The notes beneath the pieces are model-generated. The model saw only the letters and a program-made list of their open reading frames with translations, made no database searches and was not told the origin of the DNA. A stretch of DNA of 64,000 nt, taken from assembly GCA_977020255.1 (NCBI GenBank), contig CDROCS010001101.1, positions 62,001 to 126,000 on the forward strand, read 5' to 3'. The translations under genes and the position numbers were made by a program. This stretch comes from Obrimoposthia wandeli. Lineage: Eukaryota. Of the stretch, positions 20,381 to 32,500 are shown one piece after another; the first letter of the stretch is position 1, and each line of letters opens with the position of its first letter.

Positions 20381-20974
20381 AGCTAATTCCTTCTGATGCT
20401 GCGTTTGCAGCTAACTTTCTAAGTAGTGTGTCTAATTTGCCACATTGTAGATTTATTGCAAACTTTAATGATAAAACATTTATAAAAAATGCAATTCAAT
20501 GTGGAATCGTTAATATAATGGCTTAAAAGTGAAGATCCATTAATTGTAATGGCGAGGTTATAGACCAATGTAGACCTTAATGAATAAAGCAGGCACGATT
20601 GAATCCATTCAACGCAAAGTGGTACTAATTAATTTCTTAAACGTTGTAAGTAGTATTCTAAACGTTATAAGTAAATAATTTAAAAACAATAATATCCCAC
20701 ATGGGTTAAATTTATCATGATAAACCGCTATATCTCAATGGCAATTTGGGATAAGTGTAAAAATTTTGTAAATTAATGAGTTAAAAGGGGATTTAAGCAA
20801 AAATGAGTCTATAGATCGTATATTTAATTAACAACCTTGCTTAAGCCTTTATTAAAACGGCACAAATTGTACGGTAAATATAAAAAATGGTTGGATTCCA
20901 AAGCATAACTGCATAAACTAATTGGCTATAGCTTTGTAATAATCTTGTCATTTAAACAGGTTTGATAAAATTTT

Positions 20975-21916
20975 ATGTCTGATAAATATAAACCGTACGA
21001 CCTTTCTTTCAAAAAAACGTTTTTACTCCCTAAGTTTTGGCCTGTGTGGTTCGGCGTGTTTGCAATATACTTATTAGCTTTTATGCCAGTGAAGCCACGT
21101 GACAAATTTGCTCGATTTATAGCGAAAAAATTATTTAGTCTAAAAATGATGGCAAAGCGTAAGAAGGTAGCAAAGATCAATCTATCTATGTGTTTTCCTG
21201 AAATGGATGATGCAGAGCAAGACCGTATTATCATGGTTAACCTCGTTACCTTTTGTCAAACGATCTTAAGTTATGCAGAGCCAAGCGCTCGCAGTCGTGC
21301 CTATAATCGTAATCGTATGATAGTTCATGGTGGCGAGAATTTATTCCCATTACTGGAACAAGGTAAGGCGTGTATCTTATTAGTGCCGCATAGTTTCGCT
21401 ATTGATTTTGCAGGCTTACACATTGCTTCTTATGGCGCACCATTTTGTACTATGTTTAATAATTCTGAGAATGAATTATTCGATTGGCTGATGACACGCC
21501 AGCGCGCTATGTTTGGTGGTACTGTTTATCACCGCAAGGCTGGGTTAGGGGCTTTAGTTAAATCACTTAAAAGTGGCGAAAGCTGTTATTACTTACCTGA
21601 TGAAGATCATGGACCTAAACGCAGTGTTTTCGCTCCTTTATTTGCGACTCAAAAAGCCACATTACCTGTTATGGGTAAACTGGCGGAAAAAACAGATGCT
21701 GTGGTAGTTCCTGTTTATGCTGCATATAATGAATCATTGGGTAAATTCGAAACCTTTATTCGACCAGCAATGCAGAACTTCCCATCTGAAAGCCCAGAAC
21801 AAGATGCTGTAATGATGAATCAAGAAATCGAAGCCTTAATTAATTGTGGTGTTGACCAATACATGTGGACACTGAGATTATTGAGAACACGTCCAGATGG
21901 TAAAAAGATCTATTAA
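20975..21916 (+). CDS. Lipid A late acyltransferase (LpxM/MsbB-like)
   Basis: HSFAID (HxxxxD), YLPDEDHG and DQYMWTLR motifs. The exact paralog (LpxL/M/P) is not determinable here. Confidence 0.82.
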   Translation: MSDKYKPYDLSFKKTFLLPKFWPVWFGVFAIYLLAFMPVKPRDKFARFIAKKLFSLKMMAKRKKVAKINLSMCFPEMDDAEQDRIIMVNLVTFCQTILSYAEPSARSRAYNRNRMIVHGGENLFPLLEQGKACILLVPHSFAIDFAGLHIASYGAPFCTMFNNSENELFDWLMTRQRAMFGGTVYHRKAGLGALVKSLKSGESCYYLPDEDHGPKRSVFAPLFATQKATLPVMGKLAEKTDAVVVPVYAAYNESLGKFETFIRPAMQNFPSESPEQDAVMMNQEIEALINCGVDQYMWTLRLLRTRPDGKKIY

Positions 21917-22320
21917 TTAAGTGTTATAAACACCATAAGCTTCGTTGAGTATGGTGTTTATCCCCCCGAATACCCTCCAAAGTAATAACAAAAAAAGCCA
22001 TTTACGTAACATCTAATGATGATTTAGCCTGTACTTGCTTTGTTTTTAGTCTTAAGAGTCAAATAAACTTGATCTAGGTATAGATTCTGTCTTTCTTTAC
22101 ATAACACTATCTATTTTTTTTAATAGATAGTGTTATAATTGGTTTCATATGAAAGCGAAGTCGTTTCAGTAAAAGCTATTTCGTTTCAATAGATAATTTA
22201 TTTATAGTCGTATTCTCAGTTATAACAATAATTTTCTCATTTAGACTATAAGTAACAATACGAATTTAGTAAGCACTCAAATTTTACAAGAATATAAAAT
22301 ATCCCATCGGAGCTATAAGA

Positions 22321-23733
22321 ATGAAAAAGACTAAAATTGTTTGTACAATTGGTCCAAAGACTGAATCAGTAGAGAAACTTACAGAGCTTGTTAATGCAGG
22401 CATGAACGTTATGCGTTTAAACTTCTCTCATGGTAACTTTGCTGAACACTCAGTTCGTATTCAAAATATCCGTCAAGTAAGTGAAAACTTAAACAAAAAA
22501 ATTGCTGTATTATTGGATACTAAAGGTCCAGAAATCCGCACAATTAAACTAGAAAACGGCGAAGATGTTACGTTAACAGTTGGCCAGTCATTTACTTTTA
22601 CAACAGACATTAGTGTTGTAGGTAATAAAGACTGTGTTGCAGTAACGTATGCTGGTTTTGCTAAAGACCTTAATCCTGGCGCAATCATTCTTGTTGATGA
22701 TGGCCTGATTGAAATGAAAGTTGTGGAAACAACAGATACAGAAGTTAAGTGTACAGTACTTAATACTGGCGCACTTGGTGAAAACAAAGGTGTTAACTTA
22801 CCTAACATCAGCGTAGGTCTACCTGCATTATCTGAAAAAGATAAAGCGGATCTAGCGTTTGGTTGTGAACAAGAAGTTGATTTTGTTGCTGCATCATTTA
22901 TTCGTAAAGCAGATGATGTTAGAGAAATCCGTGAAGTATTATTTAATCACGGCGGCGAAAACATTCAGATTATTTCTAAAATTGAAAACCAAGAAGGCGT
23001 TGATAACTTCGACGAAATTCTTGCTGAATCTGACGGCATCATGGTTGCTCGTGGCGATCTAGGTGTTGAGATCCCAGTTGAAGAAGTGATCATGGCTCAG
23101 AAAATGATGATCAAGAAATGTAATAAAGCAGGTAAAGTTGTAATCACTGCAACTCAAATGCTTGATTCAATGATCAGCAACCCACGTCCAACACGTGCAG
23201 AAGCGGGCGATGTTGCCAATGCTGTACTTGATGGTACCGATGCGGTAATGCTTTCTGGCGAAACTGCTAAAGGTAAATACCCAGTTGAAGCTGTGTCTAT
23301 CATGGCAAACATCTGTGAGCGTACTGATAACTCAATGACATCAGATCTTGGTGCGAACATTGTTGCTAAAAGCATGCGTATTACAGAAGCTGTGTGTAAA
23401 GGCGCGGTAGAAACAACTGAAAAGTTATGTGCTCCGCTAATCGTTGTAGCTACTCGTGGTGGTAAATCTGCTAAGTCAGTACGTAAGTACTTCCCGAAAG
23501 CAAATATCTTAGCGATTACAACTAACGAAAAAACAGCACAACAATTATGCCTTACTAAAGGTGTAAGCAGCTGTATCGTTGAACAGATTGATAGCACTGA
23601 TGAGTTCTACCGTAAAGGTAAAGAACTTGCGCTATCAACTGGCCTTGCTAAAGAAGGCGATATCGTTGTTATGGTTTCAGGTGCACTTGTACCATCTGGC
23701 ACAACCAATACAGCTTCAGTTCACCAACTATAA
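22321..23733 (+). CDS. pykF: Pyruvate kinase I
   Basis: [27 protein letters not shown] and TATQMLDSM motifs; 470 aa. Confidence 0.96.
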   Translation: MKKTKIVCTIGPKTESVEKLTELVNAGMNVMRLNFSHGNFAEHSVRIQNIRQVSENLNKKIAVLLDTKGPEIRTIKLENGEDVTLTVGQSFTFTTDISVVGNKDCVAVTYAGFAKDLNPGAIILVDDGLIEMKVVETTDTEVKCTVLNTGALGENKGVNLPNISVGLPALSEKDKADLAFGCEQEVDFVAASFIRKADDVREIREVLFNHGGENIQIISKIENQEGVDNFDEILAESDGIMVARGDLGVEIPVEEVIMAQKMMIKKCNKAGKVVITATQMLDSMISNPRPTRAEAGDVANAVLDGTDAVMLSGETAKGKYPVEAVSIMANICERTDNSMTSDLGANIVAKSMRITEAVCKGAVETTEKLCAPLIVVATRGGKSAKSVRKYFPKANILAITTNEKTAQQLCLTKGVSSCIVEQIDSTDEFYRKGKELALSTGLAKEGDIVVMVSGALVPSGTTNTASVHQL

Positions 23734-23754
23734 GTTGCTAAATTGATATTGTAT

Positions 23755-23781
23755 AAAAGAGAGCGTATGCTCTCTTTTTTT
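23755..23781 (+). terminator. pykF terminator
   Basis: AAAAGAGAGC-GTAT-GCTCTCTTTT followed by T residues. Confidence 0.85.
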
Positions 23782-23835
23782 ATATCTGTAGTTTATAAAT
23801 TACTTTATAGAAAAGTTGTAGCGAGAATGACAGAT

Positions 23836-23886
23836 AGTAATGTAAGGGTGTTATAAAGAGTAATGTAAAGGGTGCTATAAAGAGTA
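23836..23886. repeat. Tandem 23/24-bp direct repeat
   Basis: AGTAATGTAAGGGTGTTATAAAG followed by AGTAATGTAAAGGGTGCTATAAAG. Confidence 0.8.
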
Positions 23887-23949
23887 CATAAACTATTAAT
23901 TTAGCGTAATATAAAGTGATTAACGTTGATGGAAGGGTTAAAGAAATAG

Positions 23950-24810
23950 ATGGATAGTGCTAAACATAAAATTGGCTTAGTCCTTTCTGGCGGCGGCGCG
24001 AAAGGCATAGCTCATCTTGGGGTATTAAAGTACCTGATAGAGCAAGATGTAAGACCGAATGTAATCGCCGGAACAAGTGCAGGATCTATGGTCGGTGCGC
24101 TTTATTGCTCCGGATTGGAAATCGATGAGATTTTACAGTTTTTTATTGATGTGAAACCTTTCTCGTGGAAGTTTACCAGAGCAAAAGCTGGTTTTATCGA
24201 TCCTGCTAAATTATATCCTGAAGTATTGAAGTACATACCTGAAGATAGTTTTGCTCACCTTAATCCTGAGTTACGCATTGTTGCGACCAATATGCTACTT
24301 GGTAAAGAGCATATATTTAAAGATGGCTCCGTGATTAATGCATTACTGGCTTCGGCAAGTTATCCTTTAGTTTTCTCTCCAATGATTATTGACGATCAAG
24401 TGTATTCAGATGGCGGCATTGTTAATCATTTCCCCGTGAGTGTAATTGAAGACGACTGCGATAAAATCATTGGTGTGTACGTGTCGCCAATTCGTCAGGT
24501 TGAAGCTGAAGAACTCTCGAGTATCAAAGATGTGGTATTACGTGCTTTCACATTGCAGGGTAGTGGTGCTGAATTAGATAAATTGTCGCAATGTGACGTG
24601 CAAATTTATCCAGAGGCGCTGTTGAATTACAACACGTTTGCAACGGATGAAAAATCATTACGCGAGATCTATCAGATTGGTTATGATGCTGCAAAAGAGC
24701 AACATGACAGTCTTATGGAGTTGAAAGAAAGCATTGCCGCTAGCGAGGTCAAAAAGAACGTCTTTAGCAAATGGCTTGGTGATAAACTTGCTAGCAATAG
24801 CGTTAAATAG
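23950..24810 (+). CDS. Patatin-like phospholipase
   Basis: GGGAKG oxyanion motif, GTSAG nucleophile and DGG motif. Confidence 0.9.
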   Translation: MDSAKHKIGLVLSGGGAKGIAHLGVLKYLIEQDVRPNVIAGTSAGSMVGALYCSGLEIDEILQFFIDVKPFSWKFTRAKAGFIDPAKLYPEVLKYIPEDSFAHLNPELRIVATNMLLGKEHIFKDGSVINALLASASYPLVFSPMIIDDQVYSDGGIVNHFPVSVIEDDCDKIIGVYVSPIRQVEAEELSSIKDVVLRAFTLQGSGAELDKLSQCDVQIYPEALLNYNTFATDEKSLREIYQIGYDAAKEQHDSLMELKESIAASEVKKNVFSKWLGDKLASNSVK

Positions 24811-24943
24811 CGGGTCCACAAGAATTTATACACTAGGCGAATAGGTGATAATAGCCCTCACAGTCGTGGTGTGATGTCTAAATTTAGTTAACACTTGTGT
24901 TATACTCTTTGCTATTAACTATAAATAACATATTACGGTAAAC

Positions 24944-25162
24944 ATGACTCAAATAAATAACCCGCTTCACGGCATTACTCTCGAAAACGTAATTAACAGC
25001 CTTGTTGCTAAATATGGTTGGGACGGTCTTGGATACTACATCAATGTTCGTTGTTTTACTGAAGATCCAAGTGTTAAGTCTAGCCTTAAGTTTTTACGTA
25101 AAACTCCCTGGGCACGTGACAAAGTAGAAGCGCTATATATTAAAATGGTGTCTGAAGACTAA
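24944..25162 (+). CDS. VF530 / DUF2132 family small protein
   Basis: [15 protein letters not shown] and [21 protein letters not shown] motifs. Confidence 0.85.
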   Translation: MTQINNPLHGITLENVINSLVAKYGWDGLGYYINVRCFTEDPSVKSSLKFLRKTPWARDKVEALYIKMVSED

Positions 25163-25398
25163 ATGTCTCCACACTAACGAGCCTCTGTTTATAGTTAATA
25201 TAAGTACTATAAGCAGGACTCGTTAATTCTGCATGTAATCAATCCCGAATATCAGCCACTCGTTTCAACATTGTACTTTCAACATAACTCCCTAACTAAC
25301 TGTCCTACATAACATCCGATGACCTAGCACTGTTATTTTTCACATTTATCTATATGCTATATATTTTAGCCATTTGATCAACTGAGTTAATTTCTGCA

Positions 25399-25800
25399 AT
25401 GACAAAGATATACCACCATCCAGTACAGATTTATTATGAAGATACCGACCACTCAGGTGTTGTTTACCATCCTAATTTTTTGAAGTATTTTGAACGTGCA
25501 CGTGAGCATGTGATTAATAGTGATTTATTAGCAACATTGTGGAATGAACGCGGTTTAGGTTTTGCGGTGTATAAAGCCAATATGACTTTTCAGGATGGGG
25601 TCGAATTTGCTGAAGTTTGCGATATTCGCACTTCTTTTGTCCTCGATGGTAAATACAAAACGATCTGGCGCCAAGAAGTATGGCGTCCCAATGCGACAAG
25701 GGCTGCCGTTATCGGTGATATTGAAATGGTGTGCTTAGATAAACAAAAACGTTTACAGCCCATTCCTGATGATGTGTTAGCTGCAATGCTGAATCCATAA
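25399..25800 (+). CDS. Acyl-CoA thioesterase, YbgC/4HBT family (pfa-linked Orf6 type)
   Basis: YYEDTDHSGVVYHPNFLKYFERAR motif; directly upstream of pfaA. Confidence 0.88.
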   Translation: MTKIYHHPVQIYYEDTDHSGVVYHPNFLKYFERAREHVINSDLLATLWNERGLGFAVYKANMTFQDGVEFAEVCDIRTSFVLDGKYKTIWRQEVWRPNATRAAVIGDIEMVCLDKQKRLQPIPDDVLAAMLNP

Positions 25801-25841
25801 ATAGTTAATGCATGAATAGTTAATACATAAATCGTTTATAC
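25797..25841. repeat. Degenerate 15-bp tandem repeat, 3 copies
   Basis: ATAAATAGTTAATGC / ATGAATAGTTAATAC / ATAAATCGTTTATAC. Confidence 0.6.
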
Positions 25842-26052
25842 ATGATTCTATCCGTCACGTTTACAGATAAGAGGCATTTGATGCCTCCTCCCATTACTCA
25901 TACTACTGTTTATCTCTTCTAACTGCTTCCTAACTACCTTATAACGTTCCATCACGCACTGAGCATTTATTCTATTATTCATTGATTGTGATTTAATTAT
26001 CTTCTATATATGTAATTTAATGTAATTCTCAATTTATTTTTAGCTACATTAA

Positions 26053-26070
26053 GGCGTACAAATGTACGCT
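26053..26070. promoter_or_regulatory. FabR-type operator (distal)
   Basis: GGCGTACAAATGTACGCT; 17/18 identical to the E. coli fabB FabR site as recalled (GGCGTACAAGTGTACGCT). Confidence 0.7.
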
Positions 26071-26242
26071 AAAGTGAGATGTCAGACTAATTTTAGCTTA
26101 TTAATTTGTTAGTTGTTTATATTTAATAAAGACGTAATTTAACTTAAATGCAATTAATTATGGCGTAAATAGAGTGAAAACATGGCTAATATTCACTAAG
26201 TCCTAAATTTTATATAAAGTTTAATCTGTTATTTTAGCGTTT

Positions 26243-26259
26243 ACCTGGTCTAATCAGTG
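26243..26259. promoter_or_regulatory. Possible FadR-like site
   Basis: ACCTGGTCTAATCAGTG versus consensus AACTGGTCNGACCAGTT; 4 mismatches. Confidence 0.35.
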
Positions 26260-26452
26260 AGGTTTTTAGCCATTATTGGTGGGATTGAAGTGATTTTCAA
26301 AGCTATGTATATTATTGCAAATATAAATTGTAACAATTAAGACTTTGAACACTTGAGTTCAATTTCAAATTGATTGGCATAAAATTTAAAACAGCTAAAT
26401 CTACCTCAATCATTTTAGCAAATGTATGCAGGTAGATTTTTTTCGCCATTTA

Positions 26453-26470
26453 AGAGTACACTTGTACGCT
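26453..26470. promoter_or_regulatory. FabR-type operator (proximal)
   Basis: AGAGTACACTTGTACGCT; 16/18 identical to the reverse complement of the same site; about 85 nt upstream of the pfaA ATG. Confidence 0.7.
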
Positions 26471-26555
26471 AGGTTTTTATTTAGTGTGCAAATGAACGTT
26501 TTGATGAGCATTGTTTTTAGTGCACAAAATAGATCCTTACAGGAGCAATAACGCA

Positions 26556-29500
26556 ATGGCTAAAAAGAACACCACATCGATTAAGCACGCCAAGGATGTG
26601 TTAAGTAGTGATGATCAACAGTTAAATTCTCGCTTGCAAGAATGTCCGATTGCCATCATTGGTATGGCATCGGTTTTTGCAGATGCTAAAAACTTGGATC
26701 AATTCTGGGATAACATCGTTGACTCTGTGGACGCTATTATTGATGTGCCTAGCGATCGCTGGAACATTGACGACCATTACTCGGCAGATAAAAAAGCAGC
26801 TGACAAGACATACTGCAAACGCGGTGGTTTCATTCCAGAGCTTGATTTTGATCCGATGGAATTTGGTTTACCGCCAAATATCCTCGAGTTAACTGACATC
26901 GCTCAACTGTTGTCATTAATTGTTGCTCGTGATGTATTAAGTGATGCTGGCATTGGTAGTGATTATGACCATGATAAAATTGGTATCACGCTGGGTGTCG
27001 GTGGTGGTCAGAAACAAATTTCGCCATTAACGTCGCGCCTACAAGGTCCGGTATTAGAAAAAGTATTAAAAGCTTCAGGCATTGATGAAGATGATCGCGC
27101 TATGATCATCGACAAATTTAAAAAGGCCTACATCGGCTGGGAAGAGAACTCATTCCCGGGCATGCTAGGTAACGTCATTGCTGGTCGTATCGCCAATCGT
27201 TTTGATTTTGGTGGTACTAACTGTGTGGTTGATGCGGCATGTGCCGGCTCCCTTGCAGCAGTAAAAATGGCGATTTCAGACTTACTTGAATATCGCTCTG
27301 AAGTAATGATCTCGGGTGGCGTATGTTGTGATAACTCGCCATTCATGTATATGTCATTCTCAAAAACACCGGCATTTACCACCAACGATGATATCCGTCC
27401 GTTTGATGACGATTCAAAAGGCATGCTCGTTGGTGAAGGTATCGGCATGATGGCGTTTAAACGCCTTGAAGATGCTGAACGTGACGGCGACAAAATTTAT
27501 TCTGTACTGAAAGGTATCGGTACATCTTCAGATGGTCGTTTCAAATCTATTTATGCTCCGCGCCCAGATGGCCAAGCAAAGGCGTTGAAACGTGCTTATG
27601 AAGATGCAGGTTTTGCCCCTGAAACATGTGGACTAATTGAAGGCCATGGTACGGGTACCAAAGCCGGTGATGCAGCAGAATTTGCTGGTCTAACTAAGCA
27701 CTTTGGCGCTGCCAGTGATGAAAAACAACATATCGCGTTAGGCTCAGTTAAATCGCAAATTGGTCATACAAAATCTGCGGCTGGCTCTGCGGGTATGATT
27801 AAGGCTGCATTAGCGCTGCATCATAAAATCCTACCAGCAACAATTCATATCGATAAGCCAAGCGAAGCCTTGGATATCAAAAACAGCCCGTTATACCTAA
27901 ACAGCGAAACGCGTCCTTGGATGCCACGTGAAGATGGTATTCCACGTCGTGCTGGTATCAGCTCATTTGGTTTTGGTGGTACGAACTTCCATATTATTTT
28001 AGAAGAGTACCGTCCAGGTCACGATAGTGCATATCGCTTAAACTCAGTGAGTCAAACGCTGTTGATCTCGGCAAACGATCAACAAGGTATCATTGCAGAA
28101 TTAAATAACTGGCGTACTAAACTGGCTGTCGATGCCGAACAGCAAGCATTTGTGTTTAACGACTTAGTGACAACGTGGCCATTAAAAACACCATCAGTTA
28201 ATCAAGCTCGTTTAGGTTTTGTTGCGCGTAATGCCAACGAAGCGATTGCAATGATTGATACGGCATTAAAACAATTTAACGCTAATGCAGATAAAACCAC
28301 ATGGTCAGTGCCTACCGGGGTTTACTATCGCCAAGCTGGTATTGATGCAACAGGTAAAGTCGTGGCGCTATTCTCAGGACAAGGTTCGCAATATGTGAAC
28401 ATGGGTCGAGAATTAACCTGCAACTTCCCAAGCATGATGGACAGTGCTGCGGCAATGGATAAAGAATTCAGCGGGGCTGGCTTAGGTCAGTTATCTGCCG
28501 TTACTTTCCCAATCCCTGTTTACACGGATGCCGAGCGTAAGCTACAAGAAGATCAATTACGTTTAACTCAACATGCACAACCAGCGATTGGTAGTTTGAG
28601 TGTTGGTCTGTTCAAGACTTTCCAACAAGCAGGCTTTAAAGCTGATTTCGCTGCCGGTCATAGTTTCGGTGAATTAACGGCATTATGGGCTGCAGATGTA
28701 CTGAGCGAAAGCGATTACATGATGTTAGCACGTAGTCGTGGTCAAGCAATGGCTGCACCAGAGCAACAAGATTTTGATGCGGGTAAGATGGCCGCTGTTG
28801 TTGGCGATCCAAAGCAAGTAGCCGTCATCATTGATACTATTGATGATGTCTCTATTGCTAACTACAACTCGAATAACCAAGTTGTTATTGCTGGTACTAC
28901 GGCACAGGTTGCTGTAGCAGTTACAACCTTAGGCAATGCTGGTTTCAAAGTTGTGCCACTGCCGGTATCCGCTGCGTTCCATACACCTCTAGTGGGTCAT
29001 GCTCAAAAACCATTTGCTAAAGCGGTTGATCGCGCTAAATTTAAAGCGCCAAGCATCCCTGTATTTGCTAATGGCACAGGCTTAGTTCATTCAAGTAAAC
29101 CGAATGACATTAAGAAAAACCTGAAAAACCACATGCTGGAATCTGTTCATTTCAATCAAGAAATTGACAACATCTATGCTGATGGTGGTCGTGTATTTAT
29201 CGAATTTGGTCCGAAGAATGTATTAACTAAATTGGTTGAAAACATCCTTGTAGACAAATCTGATGTAATGGCAATTGCCGTTAATGCTAATCCAAAACAA
29301 CCTGCTGATGTACAAATGCGTCAAGCTGCGCTGCAAATGGCAGTGCTTGGTGTCGCATTAGACAATATTGACCCGTACGACGCCGTTAAGCGCCCACTTG
29401 TTGCGCCAAAAGCATCGCCAATGTTGATGAAATTATCTGCAGCGTCTTATGTTAGTCCAAAAACGAAGAAAGCGTTTGCAGATGCATTAACGGATGGTTG

Positions 29501-32500
29501 GACGGTGAAACAAGCCAAAGCCGCACCAGTTGTTGTGTCACAACCACAAGTGATTGAAAAGATCGTTGAAGTTGAAAAGATAGTCGAACGCATTGTCGAA
29601 GTTGAGCGTATCGTTGAAGTAGAAAAAATTGTCTACGTTAATGCTGATGGTTCACATGCAACGACGAACAATAGCGCTATTAATAATGGCATGCATAGCT
29701 CTGACGCCGATCTCGTTGCCTCAATTGAACAGAGTGTTGGTCAGTTTGTTGCACACCAACAGCAATTATTAAATGTACATGAACAGTTTATGCAAGGTCC
29801 ACAAGACTATGCAAAAACAGTGCAAAACGTACTTGCTGCGCAAACCAATAATGAATTACCGGAAAGTTTAGACCGTACATTGTCTATGTATAACGAGTTC
29901 CAATCAGAAACGCTACGTGTACATGAAACGTACCTGAACAATCAGACTAGCAGCATGAACACTATGCTTACTGGTGCTGAAACTGATGTGCTAGTAGCTC
30001 CAGTAACTCAAGTATTGAATACAGCCGTTGCCGCTAGTCACAAGGCAGTTGCTCCAGTGATTGCTAATACAGTGACGAATGTTGTATCTAGTGTCAGTAA
30101 TAACGCGGCGGTTGCAGTGCAAACTGTGGCATTAGCGCCTACGCAAGAAATCGCTCCAGCAGTCGTTACTACGCCAGCACCCGCATTGGTTGCTATCGTG
30201 GCTGAACCTGTGATTGTTGCGCATGTTGCTACAGACGTTGCACCAATTACATCATCAGTTACACCTGTTGTCGCAACTCAAGCGGCTATCGATGTAGCAA
30301 CTATAAACAAAGTAATGTTAGAAGTTGTTGCTGATAAAACCGGTTATCCAACAGATATGCTTGAACTGAGCATGGACATGGAAGCTGATTTAGGTATCGA
30401 CTCAATCAAACGTGTTGAAATTCTAGGCGCAGTACAGGAATTGATCCCTGACTTACCTGAGCTTAACCCTGAAGATCTTGCTGAGCTACGTACGCTTGGT
30501 GAGATTGTCGATTATATGAATGTTAAAGCGCAAGAGGCTGCTCCTGTATCAGCATCTTCAACATCGACTAATGCTGTTGTAGCAGCACCTGCATCTGCTG
30601 GTATTGATTTAGCCCACATCCAAAACGTAATGTTAGAAGTGGTTGCAGATAAAACCGGTTACCCAACTGACATGCTTGAACTGAGCATGGATATGGAAGC
30701 TGACTTAGGTATTGATTCAATCAAACGTGTGGAAATCTTAGGCGCAGTGCAGGAGATCATCACTGATTTACCTGAGCTAAATCCTGAAGACTTAGCTGAG
30801 CTACGCACCTTAGGTGAAATCGTTAGTTACATGCAAAGCAAAGCGCCCGTCGCTGAAAGTGTGACTGTTACAGATTCAGACGTTACTTCTGTCGCAAGCT
30901 CTGCACCATCTATCGATTTGAACCACATTCAAACAGTGATGATGGATGTAGTTGCAGATAAGACTGGTTATCCAACAGACATGCTAGAACTTGGCATGGA
31001 CATGGAAGCTGACTTAGGTATCGATTCAATCAAACGTGTTGAAATCTTAGGCGCAGTGCAGGAGATCATTACTGATTTACCTGAGCTAAACCCTGAAGAT
31101 CTTGCTGAATTACGCACGCTAGGTGAAATCGTTAGTTACATGCAAAGCAAAGCGCCCGTAGCTGAAGCACCTGCAGCTGTAGAAAGTGCACCTATTGGTG
31201 TAACAAGTTCAGCACCGTCTATCGATTTAAACCACATCCAAACTGTGATGATGGAAGTTGTTGCAGACAAAACCGGTTATCCAGTAGACATGTTAGAACT
31301 TGCTATGGACATGGAAGCTGACCTTGGTATCGATTCAATCAAGCGTGTAGAAATTTTAGGTGCGGTACAGGAAATCATTACTGACTTACCTGAGCTAAAC
31401 CCTGAAGATCTTGCTGAACTACGTACGTTAGGTGAAATCGTTAGTTACATGCAAAGCAAAGCGCCCGTAGCTGAAGCGCCTGTTGCTGTAGAAAGTGCAC
31501 ATACTGGTGTAACAAGTTCAGCACCGTCTATCGATTTAGACCATATCCAAAATGTAATGATGGATGTTGTTGCTGATAAGACTGGTTATCCTGCCAATAT
31601 GCTTGAACTAGCAATGGACATGGAAGCTGACCTTGGTATTGATTCAATCAAACGTGTTGAAATTCTAGGCGCGGTACAGGAGATCATTACTGATTTACCT
31701 GAACTAAACCCAGAAGACTTAGCGGAACTGCGTACGTTAGAAGAAATTGTAACTTACATGCAGAGTAAAGCTCGTGGTGTTACTGCAAATGTAGTAGCTA
31801 GCCCTGAAAATAATGCTGTGTCAGATGCATTTATGCAAAGCAATGTTGCAACTATTACAGCTGCCGCAGAACACAAAGCAGAGTTTCAACCAGCGCCGAG
31901 CGCAACGGTTGCTATCTCGCGTCTAAGCTCTATCAGTAAAATAAGCCAAAATTGCCAAGGCGCTAATGCCTTAATCGTGGCTGATGGCACTGATAATGCA
32001 GTGTTACTCGCAGACCACCTACTGCAAACTGGCTGGAATGTAACTGCATTGCAACCAACTTGGGTAGCAGTAACAACGACGAAAGCATTTAATCAATCAG
32101 TAAACCTGGTGAGCTTAAATGGCGTTGATGAAACTGAAATCAACAACATCATTGCTGCTAACGCACAACTGGATGCAGTTATCTATCTGCACGCAAGTAG
32201 CGAAATTAATGCTATCGAATACCCACAAGCATCTAAGCAAGGCCTGATGTTAGCCTTCTTATTAGCGAAATTGAGTAAAGTAACTCAAGCCGCTAAAGTG
32301 CGTGGTTCTTTCATGGTCGTTACTCAGCAGGGCGGTTCACTTGGTTTTAGCAATGACGCACAAGCTGACCTTGTACAGACAGACTTAGTTCAGACAGACC
32401 TTGTACAAAGCGGCTTAAACGGTTTAGTTAAAACACTGTCACACGAATGGGATAACGTATTCTGTCGTGCGGTAGATATGCCAACATCATTAGCTGCAGC

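Noticed and set aside
20857-20877. FabR-like site upstream of the lpxM-like gene
   Set aside because: Only the right half (TGTACGGT) matches; spacing and left half are wrong.
22150-22195. Cra/FruR-like sites upstream of pykF
   Set aside because: Only TGAAACG half-matches; the remainder deviates from consensus.
26511-26555. Upstream starts given by the ORF track (pfaA 26511; also 3366 and 14686)
   Set aside because: Downstream ATGs at 26556 and 14638 have clear RBSs, and 3297 matches the expected family N-terminus.
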